Source: a virus
Taxonomy: Duplodnaviria; Heunggongvirae; Uroviricota; Caudoviricetes
Length of the DNA stretch: 8,961 bases
Virus record (IMG/VR): IMGVR_UViG_2548876934_000005
Direction: 5' to 3' (one strand)
Part shown: positions 7,478 through 8,961 of the stretch, piece by piece
Layout of the letters: every line of letters begins with the position of its first letter
How positions within the stretch are numbered: position 1 is the first letter of the stretch
Position numbers and translations under genes: made by a program
Notes under the pieces: model-generated
What the model was told of the DNA's origin: nothing
What the model saw: only the letters and a program-made list of their open reading frames with translations
Database searches by the model: none

Positions 7478-7532
7478 CCTCGCACTCGCGGGGATTTCTT
7501 TTATCTGAACTCGCTACGGCGGGTTTTGTTTT
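7478..7532 (+). terminator. Tandem pair of hairpin + T-run elements: CTCGC-ACTC-GCGGG (7479-7492) + ATTTCTTTT, and CTCGC-TACG-GCGGG (7510-7523) + TTTTGTTTT
   Basis: Two near-identical 5-bp stems (one G-U pair each), each followed by a T-rich run, 31 nt apart, read directly. Likely tandem intrinsic terminators for the 7176 gene. Confidence 0.45.
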
Positions 7533-7545
7533 ATGGAGATGATAA

Positions 7546-7713
7546 ATGCACTTCCGAGTCACAGGAGAATGGAATGGAGAGCCATTCGACAGGGTTATCG
7601 AAGCAGAGGACATCAACGACTGCTATAACCACTGGATGATATGGGCGCAGATAGCGCATGCAGACGTAACCAATATTCGAATTGAAGAACTGAAAGAACA
7701 CCAAACCGCCTGA
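7546..7713 (+). CDS. Small hypothetical protein (55 aa), positionally equivalent to the short ORF preceding torI in K-12 KplE1
   Basis: Absent from the supplied ORF track, presumably because of its length. ATG at 7546 with GGAG 8 nt upstream; translation MHFRVTGEWNGEPFDRVIEAEDINDCYNHWMIWAQIAHADVTNIRIEELKEHQTA. The TGA stop lies in the loop of a strong terminator. My memory that this resembles K-12 ypdJ is unverified. Confidence 0.45.
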   Translation: MHFRVTGEWNGEPFDRVIEAEDINDCYNHWMIWAQIAHADVTNIRIEELKEHQTA

Positions 7714-7726
7714 TGGCGGTTTTTTA
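7704..7726 (+). terminator. Rho-independent terminator: stem AACCGCC / GGCGGTT, loop TGAT, T-run TTTTTT
   Basis: Perfect 7-bp stem with 4-nt loop followed by T-run, seen directly. The stop codon of the 7546 ORF sits in the loop. Confidence 0.75.
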
Positions 7727-7735
7727 TTACCTGAT

Positions 7736-7751
7736 TTGCAGGTTCGATTCC
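7736..7751 (+). repeat. tRNA-like fragment TTGCAGGTTCGATTCC, identical to the T-arm of argW (1054-1069), upstream of torI
   Basis: Exact 16-nt match to the argW T-stem/T-loop region but lacking the acceptor 3' end. About 300 bp upstream of the attR core. Confidence 0.4.
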
Positions 7752-7770
7752 CTATTCGGAGATAGCACTC

Positions 7771-7971
7771 ATGCAACACGAACTACAGCCTGATTCCCTG
7801 GTTGATTTGAAATTCATCATGGCTGATACTGGCTTTGGTAAAACCTTCATCTACGACCGGATTAAGTCCGGCGACCTGCCAAAAGCCAAAGTTATCCACG
7901 GACGAGCAAGATGGTTATATCGTGACCATTGTGAATTCAAAAATAAGCTCTTAAGCCGCGCCAATGGGTAA
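7771..7971 (+). CDS. torI: TorI-like excisionase / recombination directionality factor (winged-helix; Tor response-regulator inhibitor)
   Basis: 66-aa ORF, GGAG 9 nt upstream of the ATG. The translation MQHELQPDSLVDLKFIMADTGFGKTFIYDRIKSGDLPKAKVIHGRARWLYRDHCEFKNKLLSRANG matches my recollection of E. coli TorI. It lies just inside attR, as in K-12 KplE1. Confidence 0.85.
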   Translation: MQHELQPDSLVDLKFIMADTGFGKTFIYDRIKSGDLPKAKVIHGRARWLYRDHCEFKNKLLSRANG

Positions 7972-8044
7972 AATAGCGGGTAAAATATTCCTCACATCTA
8001 AAAAACACCATTCCAATCAATCCCCTGCCACCTCAAGTAGATGT

Positions 8045-8060
8045 CTGCAGGGGACACCAT
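8045..8060 (+). repeat. attR core: second copy of the 16-bp repeat CTGCAGGGGACACCAT
   Basis: Exact identity with 1069-1084. Flanking sequence is unrelated to the tRNA body, as expected for attR. Confidence 0.8.
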
Positions 8061-8183
8061 CCCGCCGTACACTAACGTCTACCATTGTCTATAAACCCCA
8101 TGTAACCATATAAAAATAAAGAGATTTTATTCTCATGACGTCCATTGCCGTCTATTGAAATCAAGTAAATCTATGGGGCATAA

Positions 8184-8222
8184 TTGGGGGCATTGCTGGT
8201 TCGATTGTAAATGTGCCCCCAA
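8184..8222 (+). repeat. 9-bp perfect inverted repeat TTGGGGGCA (8184-8192) / TGCCCCCAA (8214-8222) with 21-nt spacer, ending 1 nt before the 8224 integrase start codon
   Basis: Arms are exact reverse complements. An extra direct GGGGCAT copy lies at 8175-8181. The spacer contains a tRNA T-loop-like GGTTCGATT. Confidence 0.5.
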
Positions 8223-8223
8223 T

Positions 8224-8961
8224 ATGTCCAGAAATACCCTCAACAAATTAACAGACCGTCAGTGCAAAGCAGCTAAGCCACGAGACAAAACTTATAAATT
8301 GTCTGATGGTGGTGGTCTTTATCTTGAAGTATCCCAGACCGGGTCGAAGTATTGGCGAATGAAGTATCGCCGCCCATCAGATAAGAAAGAAGACAGACTT
8401 GCTTTTGGTGTATATCCAACCATTAGCTTACAAGACGCCAGAGAAAAACGAGACAACGCCAAAAAGTTGTTAGTCAAGGGGATAGATCCCAAAGCAGAGC
8501 AAAGAGCAGCAAAAGCAGAAGAAAAAGGTGCATTCACTTTTGAGACAATAGGACGTCAATGGGTTGAAAGCCACCAGATGTGGAACGAAGCCCACCGAAA
8601 ACGCGTACTTAGAAGCCTTGAAATGTATATTTTCCCTCACATTGGCACTTCGGATATTCGCAAACTGGAGGCGATGACAATTTTACCTTTGTTTAAGAAG
8701 GTAGATGACGCCGGGAAACACGATACAGCCAACCGACTTAAACAACGAGTTAAGGACATCATACATAGCGCCCGTCTGAGCGGCATTAAGACAGAAATCA
8801 TCACGAATGATCTCGATGTCCGGTTAATGCAATATGAAACTAAGCATCATGCCGCACTACATCCCAGAGATTTACCAGACTTTTTCACTCGATTGGGCAG
8901 CTTTAAAGGTAATCCTCTTACCCGCCTTGCCATTGAGCTAACCATGTTGACCTTTGGGTAA
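8224..8961 (+). CDS. Second P4-type tyrosine integrase, N-terminal (arm-binding/core-binding) region only; catalytic domain absent, likely truncated or pseudogene
   Basis: First strong in-frame ATG at 8224 (track ORF from a TTG at 8155; another ATG at 8173). N-terminus LSDGGGLYLEV...YWRMKYRRP parallels the 1245 integrase (LLDGNGLYLYV...WQLRYK). The ORF stops at TAA 8959-8961 after about 245 aa, where full-length homologues continue into the R-H-R-Y catalytic domain. Confidence 0.7.
   Translation: MSRNTLNKLTDRQCKAAKPRDKTYKLSDGGGLYLEVSQTGSKYWRMKYRRPSDKKEDRLAFGVYPTISLQDAREKRDNAKKLLVKGIDPKAEQRAAKAEEKGAFTFETIGRQWVESHQMWNEAHRKRVLRSLEMYIFPHIGTSDIRKLEAMTILPLFKKVDDAGKHDTANRLKQRVKDIIHSARLSGIKTEIITNDLDVRLMQYETKHHAALHPRDLPDFFTRLGSFKGNPLTRLAIELTMLTFG

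Larger units (their letters stand above)
1069..8060 (+). mobile_element. Degraded KplE1/CPS-53-like prophage remnant integrated at argW (attL to attR, about 7 kb)
   Basis: Bounded by the 16-bp direct repeats. Integrase lies at the tRNA-proximal end and a TorI-like excisionase at the distal end. Interior holds a truncated tail-fibre-like gene, an Ea22-like gene and low-GC cargo. No capsid, terminase or lysis genes are present, so it is not a complete phage. Confidence 0.8.

Noticed and set aside
7221-7779. Minus-strand ORFs 7221-7616 and 7531-7779 opposite the small + strand genes and torI
   Set aside because: They run through two + strand terminator hairpins and are antisense to ORFs with good ribosome-binding sites, including torI. 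Likely chance open frames.
8155-8223. Upstream extension of the second integrase from a TTG at 8155 or ATG at 8173 (MKSSKSMGHNWGHCWFDCKCAPN)
   Set aside because: The extension reads through the palindromic GGGGCA repeat structure and gives a Cys/Trp-rich peptide unlike integrase N-termini. ATG 8224 restores the conserved start, but the true start is not certain.
8319-8537. Minus-strand 72-aa ORF inside the second integrase
   Set aside because: Antisense to the conserved integrase N-terminal domain.
1-8961. CRISPR arrays, insertion-sequence terminal inverted repeats, rRNA genes
   Set aside because: No regularly spaced direct repeats of 25-40 bp, no transposase-like ORFs and no rRNA-like sequence were seen anywhere in the window.

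Overview
This window covers the argW tRNA integration hotspot of an Escherichia-like chromosome. It opens with a full-length yfdC-type formate/nitrite-transporter-family gene (1-933) and the tRNA-Arg(CCU) gene argW (1009-1083). A roughly 7 kb degraded prophage of the KplE1/CPS-53 type sits in the tRNA 3' end, bounded by an exact 16-bp direct repeat (1069-1084 and 8045-8060). It keeps an IntS-like tyrosine integrase next to attL and a TorI-like excisionase next to attR. Between them lie a low-GC two-gene cargo cassette (a signal-peptide protein of unrecognised family plus an Oac-like AT3 membrane acyltransferase), a minus-strand tail-fibre/tailspike-like gene, an Ea22-like coiled-coil gene and two small ORFs. 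Directly after attR a second P4-type integrase gene begins but stops after the N-terminal domain at the window edge, suggesting a tandem array of integrative elements. The most interesting candidate is the cargo cassette, which looks like a lysogenic-conversion (surface-polysaccharide O-acylation) module whose first gene I cannot place in any family. All family assignments are from reading the translations and from recollection of K-12 KplE1; no database search was run.
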